A stretch of 64,000 bases of DNA, taken from Microthyrium microscopicum (Eukaryota). The translations under genes and the position numbers were made by a program. Shown here one piece after another: positions 24,975 through 38,103 of this stretch; the first letter of the stretch is position 1, and the number at the start of each line of letters is the position of its first letter. The notes below the pieces were generated by a model. It had not been told where the DNA came from, ran no database searches, and saw nothing but the letters and a program-made list of their open reading frames with translations. The DNA lies in NCBI GenBank assembly GCA_010405405.1, contig MU004240.1, positions 1,560,814 through 1,624,813 of the forward strand, in the 5' to 3' direction.

Positions 24975-26216
24975 CTAGAAGATAGCTACGGCATTAGGAG
25001 GACTTGCGACACCACCTTCAACTAATAGGGGTGTGCTCGTAATGAAAAAACTCCATCTCTTGTGCTTCTGGCATTCTTCAGCCAATGCTTCAAGATCCCA
25101 CATTTCTCCAATCGGTGTTCCCCATAGCGAAAGCAGCCAGTTGTGAAGACCTTTATCAAGTTAGTACGAGGTTCTCAGCTCAGAAAGTTAAAAGACTTAC
25201 TATATCCAGGATCATTAGGAAACTGTTCAAACCCAATAGAGTCTGATGCCACCGCACAGAAGTGATTATTCCACAGCCACTCTAGAGTTTCTTGATTTCC
25301 ATGCACCCCGATCCAAGCTCCTCCGTTGGTGATCTTCTCGCGACGACGCTCTTCGCTGTTCTCCTCGTACCACTTGATCCATCCACTACGTACCAAAAGA
25401 AGATCTCCAGGCAAAAGTTCCAAACCTTGGTCGGCGATCATCTCCTTGATCTCTGGCAAAGAGATAGGGTGTTTGGACATGGGATCGAACTCTTTCCCTT
25501 TCTTGGCCATATATGCCACATAGTCTAGAAGAACTCCTCTGCCTACAATGCCTCCCCTTTTGCTCCAATCTAAAGCAACGGGTAAGCCACGTCACACTTC
25601 TCATACCGAGTATTCGGCAATAACTTACGATCAATACCCAGATGTGTTGATTGTATCAAATCATCATGGTGAATTCCATTATAATAAAGTCCTGTCTCTG
25701 TATGACCCCAATGGCCTGTCATCTATTAGATCTGTATCAAGTCAATGAATCTGAGGACATACGAAGTCCATCCCACTGGCTTCCTATCATTTTTATTAGC
25801 ATCACTTCATGAAAAAAGATCCGCACCGCTATATTACCTGCTTGTGTGTTGACAGTAATCTCATCATCATAACTGTAAAAAGTGAAACCAGGTTTCTTTC
25901 TCCAGTCCACGATTTTGTGCTGAAGTTTTGTGCGATTGAATCCTGGCTCGTGAAGCTTTTCCATTCCCCAGTTGAGACAGACGCTTTTACCAGTCTGAAT
26001 CTCCTGTCGAGCACGTATCACGGCGCTTGGTGTCAGCAGGTTCAAAGTGCCTACTTCATCTCTCACACCATCTTTGTCAAAGAGACCCCAGGCGCAACCG
26101 TGTCTGAGAATGTTAGCAAAAGCTTTGCGGTCAAATCCTAAGTACACGGCATGAACTCACGGTTGTCCCTTGACTGGCGGAATCTCATTCCATGAAGGCA
26201 ATTTCAAATCACTCAT
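24975..26216 (-). CDS. Putative cyclase / kynurenine-formamidase-like metal-dependent hydrolase, multi-intron
   Basis: LPSWNEIPPVKGQP-HGCAWGLFD...DEVGTLNLLTP, NTQAGSQWDGLRH, GGIVGRGVLLDY, GDLLLVRSGW, GTPIGEMWDLEALA, GGVASPPNAVAIF. Confidence 0.9.
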
Positions 26217-27125
26217 AATTGCAGATTTCAAAACCTATTCTGGTAGATTCCAATTTTTTTAAAATTGAGTATCGTTATGAGATAAAGCAGAATCTCACAC
26301 ATAATTGACCATGGCTTCTACGCTAGGTACTCTCTCCATCTTGAGATTCTGGCTAATGTTCCCCAGGTTTCTTGCGACACGCTAAACTTTACCACATGCG
26401 TACATGCCGTTTATCCATGAGGACAATAAGCAACGGTTCCGACCCCAGATACCTCATGAATGAACTAACCAGAAAGAGAATAATGTTATCGGAAGATGAA
26501 ATCCGGGGTCGTGTTGGGCCTCGTCTTGGCAAGGCTGAACACAAGGCTGGATCCGATATAGCCGTGCCTGTTATTGACTGTTGGCTCTCGACTCTTTGTA
26601 AATTTTCATTTGTGGTTTTGGAGCGACTTTATAACATAAAAATGAACAAGTTTGAAGCTATCGTCTAGTCAACGGATAGCCAGGCTCTCGACGTTCTCAA
26701 CATCTGGATCAACCAGCATTGTAGATTTTCCTAGCCTCTGGTCGCATACCGCTCGTGCTCCGCCTTGTAAAACTCTCTCACCACGATGAGAACCCAGACC
26801 TGACGCTAGAGCACCTTTGAGAGACTACTTATGCATGTCACACATGCTTGGAGCTTGGGAATAAGCATCGTGCAAGCTCGATGATCTAGAGCATGTTCCT
26901 GGACGTGGAAATCCGGAAATTCGGAGATCATTCTCCCACAGTTCCTGTCAAATCAGAACGCGAGTCTACGTTATGTACTACCCGCAAGCTATCCACTGTA
27001 AAGTCGTATCATGTGAAACATTATTAGCTATAGCTGATCGCTTTTTCGATCAAGACAGAAAGTTATCTTTGCAGTAGTTAACAACTTCAAGTGACAATCA
27101 ACATCATACACAACAAGAATCCAAG

Positions 27126-29094
27126 ATGGATACAACACAAACTCGCGATCTAGGTGATCGCCTCAAAATTGCTGCCACAGCATTATTCGGTGTCTTCACG
27201 TTGTATTATACGGGAGTTGTGATCTACAACCGATTCTTCCACCCTCTTGCAAAGTTCCCTGGACCATTCCTCAACTCAGTGTCAGACGTGAGTGAAGAAT
27301 TTTGAACACAATCTCTGAAGCTCCAACTAATCAATCTTCTTAGCTTCCAGGAATTGTTTGGGTTCTCCAAGGTCGTCTGCCCTTCAAGACACATCGTCTT
27401 CACGAGAAATATGGGCCTGTTGTTCGACTAAGCCCCAATGAGCTCGCATTCAACTCCCATGAGGCCTTCACTGACATCTACGGCCACAAGATTGGGCGCA
27501 AGGACTTGCCAAAGGATCCTATTCATGTTGGTGCCGTAGACCCAATGCCAGGCGTCAGCACGATATCGATGGCCGATCACGATACGCATGCCCGTCAACG
27601 AAAAGCGCTCTCTCATGGCTTTTCGAAGAAAGCTCTGTGGTCACAGGAATCTATTGTGCAAGGTTTTGTTGACAATCTCATGGACATATTCAAGGGATAT
27701 GAGAAATCAGGAGAGGCATTTGATATTGTAAAGTGGCTGGTATGTGAAATAAGCCCGGGAAGAATTCGTATGCTGACAATTGTAGAATCTGTAGGAGCAA
27801 TTGCACTTTTGTTAGCCGATATATATATGCTAATAGTGTTGAATAGCATTACCTTCGATGTCATTGGAGATCTATCTTTCGGAGAGTCTTTCGGCTGCCT
27901 GGAGAATGGTGACTATCACTTCTGGATCCATCTGTAAGTTCTTTACCGGAGAAACCTCCCATCAGACCCGGAAGCCTAATCTCACATCTTTCAGTATCTT
28001 CCTAGCAGTCAAAGTCGGTGCAATCGAACAAGCAACCCGCCGCTTCGCAAACCCCGGCTCAACAACCCAAAAGCTTCTCATGAAACTAATCCCCAGCGAA
28101 CTCCGCAAACAGCGAAAGAACCATCTCGACTACAGCCGCACCAAAGTCATGAAGTACACACATCCTCCCGCCCCCCTTATACTTGTCCCAAACTAACCAG
28201 GCCAGGCGTATCAACGACACCAAAACCGACCGCAAAGACTTCATCTACTACATCCTCAAGCAAGCCGATCACTACGACCTCAGCCAAGACGAAGTCATCG
28301 TCAACGCCGCTCTCTTCATTGTCGCCGGCTCTGAAACGACCGCATCCTCCCTCTCCTCCTTCACAAACATGATGCTCCGCAATCCCGCCGTTTTCGCCAA
28401 ACTAAAGCATGAGATCCGCACTGCGTTCCCATCCGCGAAGGACATCAACCTTGCATCTGCTACTGAATTGCCGTACTTGAATGCGTGCATTGAAGAGAAT
28501 TTGCGTGTCTTTCCACCTGCGCCTATCGGCTTTTTGAGAACGATACAGGCGTCTGGAGATGTCATTGATGGGATGCATATTCCCGGTGGCGTAAGTGATG
28601 CTTTCTTACACGATAGAATGTGAGCTAATGTATCAATAGACAGCAGTAAGCGTAAGCACCTGGTGCGCAGCCCACGCCAGCGCAAACTTCAGAAAGCCAG
28701 ATGAGTTCATACCAGAGCGCTGGTTAGATAAGGGGTATGAGACGGATAAGTTCGCAGCCAGTCGGCCATTTTCGCTAGGACCAAGAGGATGTATTGGTAA
28801 AGAGTAAGTTGTACCTATCTGCGACGTTTACGGACAGGTCTGGGACTAATATCTGAACAGTTTGTCTTATCTGGAGATGAGATTGGTCCTTTGCCATCTT
28901 GTCTGGAACTTTGATATTGAGAATGCGGATGCTGCTGAGAACTGGAATCCCGCTGGCGATTATAGCCATATCAAGGCGTAAGTTCAACCTGTCATGGGAG
29001 ATTGGGAGTTGTGCTGACTTGGTTTAGGTACTCGACGTGGCAGAAGCCGCAGCTGTTTGTGAAGTTGACTAAGGCGAAGCATGTTGATGCTTGA
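27126..29094 (+). CDS. Cytochrome P450 monooxygenase (CYP65-like, secondary-metabolism type), multi-intron, including a 5-nt micro-exon
   Basis: N-terminal TM segment followed by HPLAKFPGP; YGPVVRLSPNEL; I-helix AGSETT; ExxR (ENLR); PERW; heme motif FSLGPRGCIGK. Confidence 0.95.
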
Positions 29095-29431
29095 GTGAAG
29101 CACCGAATGATGTTGAAGGTGTTAGCATCATTATAGACCATGGTAAGAAAGGAGCAGGCGAGATAATGATGGTACTTGAAAGGTTAGAATTCGAGTAGGA
29201 GCTAGCGGAATGACATACCAATAAGCTACCTATGCAAGACGAGTCAAGTCCGATACATGAGATGAGCTACTAGAGCGAGACTCTGATCGCGAAAGTGCTA
29301 CTCGTCGTCTCGTCGTAAGAAATGGGGAACAATATTTGATTCCATCGCTATGCTGAATAAAAATCCTCACTGCAAATATAAACTTCCGAATGGCTACCTC
29401 TTAGGTCCCAACACCAGCTCCTCAACGTCCT

Positions 29432-30646
29432 TTACTTGTACCCATTCTCTTTCGCCCAAGACTTTGATCGCATGCTCTCCTCAACACTGCGCCAGATATT
29501 TTCCACCGATTCACGATCCCGCCAGCGACCACGCTCGCCAGCGCCTGGATTCCACTTCTCAATGTCCACTTTCTTGATAGTGCGGCCCCACTTCGAGATG
29601 TTCTGCGGCGTACTATCTCCAATGATGCCTACGTAGATGCCCAGCACGCGAGAGAATAGCTCAGGGGCTGTGGCCCATTTGTACGTCTTGAATTGCCATT
29701 CTTGGCCAGTGGTAAACACAGCAACGACACGGGTCCAGTACTCTGGGCGGAACTGCTCGGTCGACTCCATGAGCGCAAATGTGAGCCGTCGATTTGTATC
29801 AATTGAATCCATTTGGCGTGTGATGTGGACACGGTTGGTACCGGTGTGTGTGGCCAACTCGCTGTCTGCAGGCACGTAGATGCCATCTTCCAAGAACTTC
29901 TTGATATTTGTGAGGCGCAGAAGGGAAGATGCGGAAGGTGAAAGTAGGATGATCGGATTGGGTCTCTGATTTGACTTTTTGAGGTTCACAGATAGGGACT
30001 GTGATGCCATGGGATCGTTCATGGGCTTCGTTTTGTTTTTGCCGAACATTGCTTGGACTTGTTTGCGCACATGTGAGAAATCTGTCGGCTTGATTCCGTG
30101 GAGAATACTATTGCGATCACTAATCTGCCGTTCCCCACGATATATTTCCTGTAGGCGCAAGTCGACTTCTTTTGCGCGCTTTGCGCCTGCAGCTCCGCCA
30201 TTAGCTGTTAGGGCGTCGCCCGTTGCTGTGTCGTCTAATGCTACGACGTATTCGCTCTCGTCTTGTTGACCACTTAGCCATGAGTTGAGATCGAGTCGTT
30301 CGGCGAAGGGAAGATTAAGGATTTGGCCGGATGAGGCGCCAGAGGAGGAGAGTTGCTCGTTGAGCTTTTGAATGGAGTTGATGTAGTCGGGGACAGAAGC
30401 ATCTTTGTTCTGCCATGCAAAGAATACTGATCGCAAGTCTACAGGATTATCGTTGAGTAGAAATCGGGTTGCGGTTGTGAGGGGGTATATAAGAGTTTGG
30501 TCATTATTGTTCTTGAGCTGTAGATGGGAAGCATTTGCGAGGGATGTGCTTGTGTCTGAGGTAGGTTCGGAGGAGGTTGAGAGCGTAAGGGCGCCATCAG
30601 ACTCGATAGTCTGGCGCAAGGCAACAAGAACGTCGGTTTGACTCAT
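29432..30646 (-). CDS. CDC73: Paf1 complex subunit Cdc73 (parafibromin), single exon
   Basis: MSQTDVLVALR start. NLPFAERLDLNSWL, DRNSILHGIKPTDF, PIILLSPSASSLL, YWTRVVAVFTTGQEWQFKTYKW. Confidence 0.93.
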   Translation of the reverse strand: MSQTDVLVALRQTIESDGALTLSTSSEPTSDTSTSLANASHLQLKNNNDQTLIYPLTTATRFLLNDNPVDLRSVFFAWQNKDASVPDYINSIQKLNEQLSSSGASSGQILNLPFAERLDLNSWLSGQQDESEYVVALDDTATGDALTANGGAAGAKRAKEVDLRLQEIYRGERQISDRNSILHGIKPTDFSHVRKQVQAMFGKNKTKPMNDPMASQSLSVNLKKSNQRPNPIILLSPSASSLLRLTNIKKFLEDGIYVPADSELATHTGTNRVHITRQMDSIDTNRRLTFALMESTEQFRPEYWTRVVAVFTTGQEWQFKTYKWATAPELFSRVLGIYVGIIGDSTPQNISKWGRTIKKVDIEKWNPGAGERGRWRDRESVENIWRSVEESMRSKSWAKENGYK

Positions 30647-30948
30647 GGTTGGCGAAAGAACTATATTAATGTCGGATTCGGAGGAGGATGGAGAAAGTCG
30701 AGATGCAAGGCTGGATTTGATATTTGGAGTTGGAGATGTGAAAGCAGGCATGATAGCCAAGGATAATTTAGAAGTGACGTTTCACCTGAGACTGTGAGGG
30801 ACAGCTAAAATGTGACTGGAATGGACGCGACCGCGATTGACGCTAAGACCGACGAGTCGACAACCTCAGTTTATAAACTCTACAGACTCCAACACAACAA
30901 TGAACCTCTTCACCCATATTTGTTTCTGAAATTGCGCAGCAGATCATT

Positions 30949-32955
30949 ATGGCTGATAGCAGCACTTTGACAGTGTCACTTCGGCCGTCCCTAAAGGACA
31001 AGGCTGGCAAACCTGACCTTTCTGCTGGCATCAGACGCATGCTGGAACAATATGGTTCTTTTCGAAAAATCACTGAACAAGGTCTACGAGATGCCACTAT
31101 TGAAGCAGAGTCGGCTATGGAAACCGATAATATCGATCATGATAGCTCGAAGCCCGAACAAGATAAAGGAACTGTAGAATATCTTCATGCCAAGAAGGGT
31201 GAAATGATTCAGTCTTTAGAGTAAGACAGTCGATCTCTCTTTGAAATAGTGACTAATTCTTGTAGACACGCATGGCATAGTGCTGCCGTCGCGTTAGATT
31301 TCGTGTCTATAATCCATTCGAAAAGAGAGCCAAAGTTTGGCGAAACGTCAATGTCCCAGGCTGCAAAGGATATGATACCACTGGGTTCACTGGACTACGA
31401 CAAATGGCCTGTATACGAACCTTCGAAGAAAAAGTTGGCACTGGAACGAAAAGTTACCGAGGGTGGCAAAATTGTGGCTATGGCCAGCGCAGCCGATAAT
31501 CTTCTCCGAGCGGCTAATCGTCTTCACCAAGATGTCAAACGAGAAGCGACATACTGGGAACATGTTCTCAGCATACAAGAAAATGACTGGACCGTATTCC
31601 GGAATCCTCAGTATAAGAAGCAACTTGCAGTTCAAACTGCAGCTCTCGAGGCTGGACCACAATTCATCCAGCGTGGAAAGGTCATCCTTCAGCCAGACAG
31701 TGAGGGTACCATAACACTTAAGCACCAGACTGCTACAAAACCAAAGATGATACAAGTCCGCATACGGCAACCTTTTGGAATTGCAGGTATATCGACCGGC
31801 TTCAGCATTCCTGTAGATGGGGATTTATCCTTGGAAGACCAACTAAAACAATCTCAAACTTCACTAGCGGAAGAGGAATTATTCCACGAAATGACTGTGG
31901 AATGTCGAAGCCTATCATCGCTTGGAATCGACTTTGTAGACGACTCTATTGTGGTGCCAATTTCCTCTATTGAGTCAGGACCTCCGGAAGAAATCCTGAT
32001 TGATCTGGTCACTCAAGAACAATCAATGAGACCAGTAGACTCCACGCTATACAACGATATGGCCGAAGGCATCGCTCTGTCTCTACGACTACTTCTTGCC
32101 AACTACCACAGACGAATTCTTCGCCGACGAACATCAGTACCGCCTCCTATAGGACAACCTCGTCCGGAGATCAAATCTCAAATCTTACGAACATTAATGC
32201 AGCATCTTTCACATATTCGAGCGACCAAGAAACTATCCGATTCACTGGCACGCTTGACGACCGTAGTTACCAATGCTGGCCTACCCATAAACTTTGGCCT
32301 GATTGATCCTGCGCCAAAACCCGAAGCCGAGTCGCTAATACGAATTCCTCTTGATCGCCAAGAAGCAAAATACTCTTTACAACTAGCCTCCGCCTCACTT
32401 CTTTCCGACAAAAGTTCGAAAAAGACATACGCCATCGAAATACACGCCATCACCAGCGTTTCTGGCCAACCATTCGGCACAGAGTATCGCATCCGTCTAC
32501 CAACATCCATAACGTCTCTCGTCTTTCCACAAGCACATGGCGCCGCCTACGAGCTCCGCATCAACGACCTCCACGATCTCATCCTAAGCGTGGGAGAATA
32601 TCTGTGTCTCGACATTGTCCACAATATCTTGGCCGTAGCCCATACAAAATGGGCCACGAATGGCTCAGATTGCTGGCTGGAATTACACCGTGGCGACCGT
32701 AGTCCGGTTAACATCGCTGTACGTTTCATGAATCGGGATGTCCGTGACTGGACATTGGTGGGTGATCATTTGGAGCTTGAGGTTTGTCGGACTGGAGATA
32801 ATTCTTTGCTTGCGGAGCCACAGGAAAGCGATTTCGATACGCCGGTGGATAAAGTGAATTGGGGAATGGGTGTGGAGGGTGGTAAGACCACGCTTGTGGA
32901 GACGGTCGGTGGCTGGATTGAAGAAACAGAGGCCAAAGAGAATAAGGACAGCTAG
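30949..32955 (+). CDS. MED17: Mediator subunit Med17 (Srb4), 1 intron (~31221-31265)
   Basis: VSLRP...QYGSFRKITEQGL, ALDFVSII, AANRLHQDVKREATYWEHVL, EEELFHEMTVECRSL. Confidence 0.85.
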
Positions 32956-33998
32956 AGCAGCATAGTCCGGTTCATGTGGTGCCTTGCTGTGGCATATATG
33001 CTATTCACTGCATGTGGACCTGTGGTATATCGTTGACTTACCACCGACCGTGCTGTGTCATATATGCCAATCAGAGTAATTAGCTTGTCTTTCCACGTGT
33101 AAGGTCTTGTCGTGGTACGTCTGTTCTACCATCCTCTTAACAGGTAGAACCAGTGTGATATGCATACCACTTGATATCCACGCCCCATCTCGCTTTACCG
33201 CCGCAGAATAATTTTGCTACTCTATAGACCACCTGCCCTCAGAAATGAGATGTTTTACATTCCCATCGCAGGCGATATATTCAAGAAAAGCTTAATCCAT
33301 TTGGGAACAAGCTGGAGAATGAATTGAAAAGTAGGCTTTTATCGGCTACCCTGGCCGTCACTGCACTAAATACTAGATTTGACAAAAATAAGGAGAAAAA
33401 CGAAAACAACTATTGGAAAAGGGGTAGTAAATAGGAGGCAATTTACTGCAACTTGTGGTTATCAGCCAATAATACACGATAGACTGAGGGTTTGACTAAA
33501 ATGGAGTCGTGGTAGATTTGTCACCCAAAGCTCCGTGTTTCCTCCGCGTCTCCCGCGCGTTGCTCGTCTGAGCTCATCTCTCCTGTCTATCAAGCTACAA
33601 TCCCATCTCTTCTTGTCCATACTTCCATTCTCCTCCTCTCCGACTATTCGCAACACCAACTGCCTTCTCAAAATCTATCTCTCGGTCCGTTACGATCCTT
33701 CTAGTGGCGCAGCACATTGTCAGCCTTTGCGTCATTGCCCTATCAGCTACGAGCTGTCCGCGACTTCAGCCTTGAGCTATTATCGTCGTTTGTTACTCGT
33801 CGCCCGAGTCCATTAAGGATAAGGATATACATACCTTGTATGGTAGCAGCTGCCCAGCACTGGACCTATACTCACACCACATTCCGAGTCTTTCCTACGA
33901 TCTTGGAGTATCACAAGCAACCCTTCGTTGCAATCACCTAGGCATCCGCCTCAAACCGCCATTGATACATCTCCCAGCCCGCGATACTTGAAATAGCT

Positions 33999-34968
33999 AT
34001 GGCCAACACACGATCAAGAGCTGCCCAAAGCAATGGCGCCGCAGTGGCTCCAAAAGCCTCTAGCGCATCTGGCGAATACAAGCGCGAGAACATCTTCCTC
34101 TTCTACCCAAACCTTATCGGTCCGATCTACCTCACCCAAATTCATGGGATATTTTGACTAACTGAACAAACAGGATACTCTCGAATCGTCCTCGCGCTCG
34201 CCTCCCTCTACTACATGCCCCTCCACCCGCGAACATGCTGTGGCCTCTACAGCATATCCTGTCTTCTCGACGCTCTTGATGGAATCGCTGCTCGCTACTT
34301 TCACCAGTCTACCAAATTTGGCGCTGTCCTTGACATGGTGACCGATCGCTGTACAACTGCCTGCCTCCTCGTCTTTCTTGCCAGCGCATTCCCACGCTGG
34401 TCGATTATCTTCCAGGGCCTGATCTCACTCGATCTGGCGTCTCATTACATGCACATGTATGCGACGCTAACAATGGGCGGCTCAGACCACAGCCACAAGA
34501 AAGTCGACGAGAGCCGCAGCTGGGTACTAAAGCAATACTACTCCAACAACGTACGTTCTCCCTCCCTCTGCCACCCGTCGTCAAATACTAACAACCCTCT
34601 AGAAGGTCCTCTTCACATTCTGCCTCTTCAACGAACTCTTCTTCATCGCCCTCTACCTCCTCTCCTTCAGCTCCCCACTCATCTCCCCCTCCCTCCTCGT
34701 CCCAACCTCATCGCCAATCGTCCCAATCAGCCCACCAGCGCCCAAACCCTCCGTCCTCTTCACAAGCCCCTGGAGTGCCGGCGCAATGGAAATGGCCCGC
34801 GCCAACAAGATGGACAGCACAGTCCCCTGGATCCTCGCAATCACGAGTTTTCCAATCATGTTTGGCAAGCAAGTCATCAATGTCATTCAGCTAGTCAAAG
34901 CGAGTCGGTGGTTGGCAGAAGGCGATATCGAGACAAGGAGGGCGGCAGCTATGAGCAAGAAGTCGTAG
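33999..34968 (+). CDS. PIS1: CDP-diacylglycerol--inositol 3-phosphatidyltransferase (PI synthase), 2 introns
   Basis: ENIFLFYPNLI|GYSRI; CDP-alcohol phosphotransferase motif DALDGIAARYFHQSTKFGAVLDMVTDR; SHYMHMY; GKQVINVIQL. Confidence 0.95.
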
Positions 34969-35669
34969 CCCAAAAAGTGGTGAAACAGAGCATGGGAGTT
35001 TTTGTTCTTGTTATATAGATTGGCTTTGAAGATTTGTTTCTTTTTCGTATGTGCATATTTTTCCTGGAGCTCAACGCAATTGTTGGAGCAATTTGCTCGT
35101 AATAGGAGGCGAGTCGTAGGCTATGGGTTGGAGTATATTCAGCATTGAGTTTGGCGTTCTTGTAAATCTTTTATAAGCAAGATATGCTATGGAGAACATA
35201 GGGGAGGCATCAAATCTAGATGGGCGTTTTCTTTGAAACTGCTGCAACTACACACAACTCTTGTGTATAAACATAACATTGGCGCTGCTGCAATGTCAAG
35301 TTTCTTTACAAAGCGTTTACTATACTTCCAGGAGGTAATATAAATTTATTGCTAAAGCCACAGATCCATCATAAAGAACGAGCTCCGTACACATCATTAT
35401 ACCACGAGGTCATGTGAACCAGTCAATTGAGAACACAAGCAAACTGCTGCAATAAACAGCTGTGCTATGAAATATATCAACCAAACGTATCATTTAGGTA
35501 TCATGTAAGAACATATGTGCAAGATTAAATACCATCTCTCGCAGAATTTAGCCAAGTAAACGTTCCTGCTTCAGAACACTTTAACAACAATCTCCAAGCC
35601 CACCAGAAATTCTCCACTTTCGATACTCCATTTTCCATTTACTACATTACTGACTGGGGTATCGCTACT

Positions 35670-38103
35670 CTACCGGAAGCGAGCTGAGCAGCGGCCCATG
35701 ACTTCACCTTGACAGACAAGCTCAGCGCTGAGTTCGGAGCCATCGAGGGTGAGGTAGATGTCAAAGTAGACGCGGTAGAAGGTTCCTTGAGGTGTGTCCA
35801 TGCGCTCAAAGTCCTTTTCGAGATTCTTGCGGCTGAGATCGGAGGTGAGAGTGACGACTTCCTTGATACCTGAATAGAATGTTAGAGAGGTGTATAAAAT
35901 ATGGTCTTTGGTGAAACTCACGTGGGTCCTTGGTATACTCGGGGCAAACATCATCATCACAAGCGTATAAGATATCTTCGTACATGAGTGTAGCGCCAGG
36001 AGCGACTTGTCGGAAGAATGAGACCTTGTAAGGCTCCCCAATCTTGACACGCTGACCCTTTTGCACGAAGATTTGCCGAGTGTACTTGCATCTGTCTTTG
36101 CCGTCCAGACTGGGCACACGATATTGCTCTGGATGGTGGCCCTCTTTGAATGGTTGGAGAGTAGCCATGAGGTAATGACGACGAGCGACACGATGGGTGA
36201 CGATACGCTCTGTGATACCCGCGGTGACAGCACCCTTGACGATGGCAGCCACGGAGTCCATAGGTCGAACAACCTTGGACTGGAACTGTGGTGGCACATG
36301 GAGCTTGATTTGCTGGAAAAGGTACTCTGAAGCACCGAAACCACCAACAACAAGAATATTCTATATAAAATCAGCGAAGTTCTAGACAATCGTATTCATT
36401 GCTTACCTTGAGGTCACGATTTTGTGCTTGAATGGCGATAATTTGATTTCGAACCAATTCCAGAATTCGATTGACGACTGGCTCGAAGCATTGAAGAATC
36501 TCCTCGTTGGTAAACGTCATATAACCTTCTTCAATGCCAGCTTCTGGGAATTCGGCTTCAATACCAACATCAACAGCCCATTTTTGACCGTTGTTTCGGA
36601 AATCGGCCTTGATACGGTTTTCAAAGTCCATGATACACTTGGCATAGACCTTTCCTGCCGTTCTTGATCCGTCTGGCAGCTTCATTTTTCTGATCTTGGC
36701 GCGGAGAATGTTGGAGAAGTTACGATTAAGCGCTGTTGAACCACAAGAATCACCGGAACCAGCAGTACATTCTGAAACACTGAATGGCTGCTCCTCCTCG
36801 ACTTCATAAGCGATTAAATCGACAGTACCACCACCGCAATCGACAATAAGAACCGCATCGTGAACCTTGAGATTAAGCAACCCAGCCTTGGAACAGAACA
36901 TGGCCGCTGCTTCGGGTTCTGTGACAAGAGTCAATCGATTGTCATTCTCGTCGCGCAAGAAACCGGCTTGAATAGATGCTTGACGTGTAGCTGCTTTTGC
37001 CGCATCATTCCAGATAGCTGGCACGGTAAGATAGTACCTGATGTTGCGCTCTTCACGATTAAACACTTCACCCAGTGTCTTTTGCAGCTGATTGCGCATG
37101 GCTTGGCGCAAGTGGTAAAGATAATCCGCGGCAACATCGATCTCCGACTTTCCTGGTGGTAGGGGAGGAAGGTTGATTGGATCAATGTAGGTGTTACCGG
37201 ACATCATAAGCTGCAATTTGAACCATTCCACCTTTTGGACACCGGGTTTGGGGTAGCCAGTTGGTGCAAGAGCATCAGCAATATCCGGCCCCCATCCGAC
37301 CACTCGCTGAACCTGATCATAATAAAGGACCGTTGGGATCTATCGTAGTGTTAGTCAAAGTACTAGCGTGCCGACTGTTGTAGATATCAAGGGGTACCTT
37401 TTGTTTAGTTTGATTACCCGCACCCGGCCATTCTGTTATTATATCTTCCTTGGCCTCGTTGTTGGTCGCGAATGCAAAGGCTACACCCGAAAAGGTTGTA
37501 CCCTATTAATCATATTAGCCGGTGAACTAGTTCGTGGTTGGAAAGGGCAAGTCGTACGAAATCAATGCCAACAATCAATTGCGCCTTGTTCTTGGCTTCT
37601 GCACCAACCTCGACAGCACCTTGTGGTCTATATGGAGCAGCTGGTGGAGGGGCAGTTGGATATGGAGCATAAGCGCCCTGTGGAGGATAGCCTGGAGGAC
37701 CCTGAGGAGGAGCACCATATTGCTGCTGAGGGGGATAACCAGGCTGGGCTACACCGGTGTTTATGGGCGGTGGCATTGGGCTATGTCTTCCTCCATGCTG
37801 AGGGGGAGGGCCCATTTGTCCCTGGTTTGGAGCGGCATAGGTATAGGAAGGCGGACGACCGAGATTATTGTTGGGGTTCATGATTTGCTGCTGCTGCTGT
37901 TGTTGTTGCTGCTGTTGCTGAGGAAGAGAAGTCGTAGAAGCACTTGGGTTGGGCGGCGGCGTCAGCGACGACTGATGGCTCAGCTGTGGGCTGCCAGCAG
38001 AGGGCGGTGGGACAGAAGATTGTGAGGATTGTGATGATTGGGGTTGATTGGAGTGCCTTCGTCGTGAGCCCAAGAAATTTAAGCCTTTAAAATGCGACGA
38101 CAT
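35670..38103 (-). CDS. Hsp70-superfamily protein (divergent HSPA12-like fungal type) with a Q/P/G/Y-rich N-terminus, multi-intron
   Basis: LIVGIDF|GTTFSG, LTVPAIW, VTEPEAAA, IVDCGGGTVDL, LVVGGFGASEYL. Confidence 0.9.
37885..37920 (-). repeat. CAG/CAA microsatellite encoding 12 consecutive Gln
   Basis: Plus strand reads ttgctgctgctgctgttgttgttgctgctgttgctg, in frame with the Hsp70-like N-terminus. Confidence 0.95.

Noticed and set aside
30647..30760. N-terminal extension of the CDC73 ORF to 30760 in the ORF track
   Set aside because: Family-like sequence begins at MSQTDVL (30646, caaccATG context). The extension is low-complexity and probably 5' UTR, though the upstream in-frame ATG at 30751 is not excluded.
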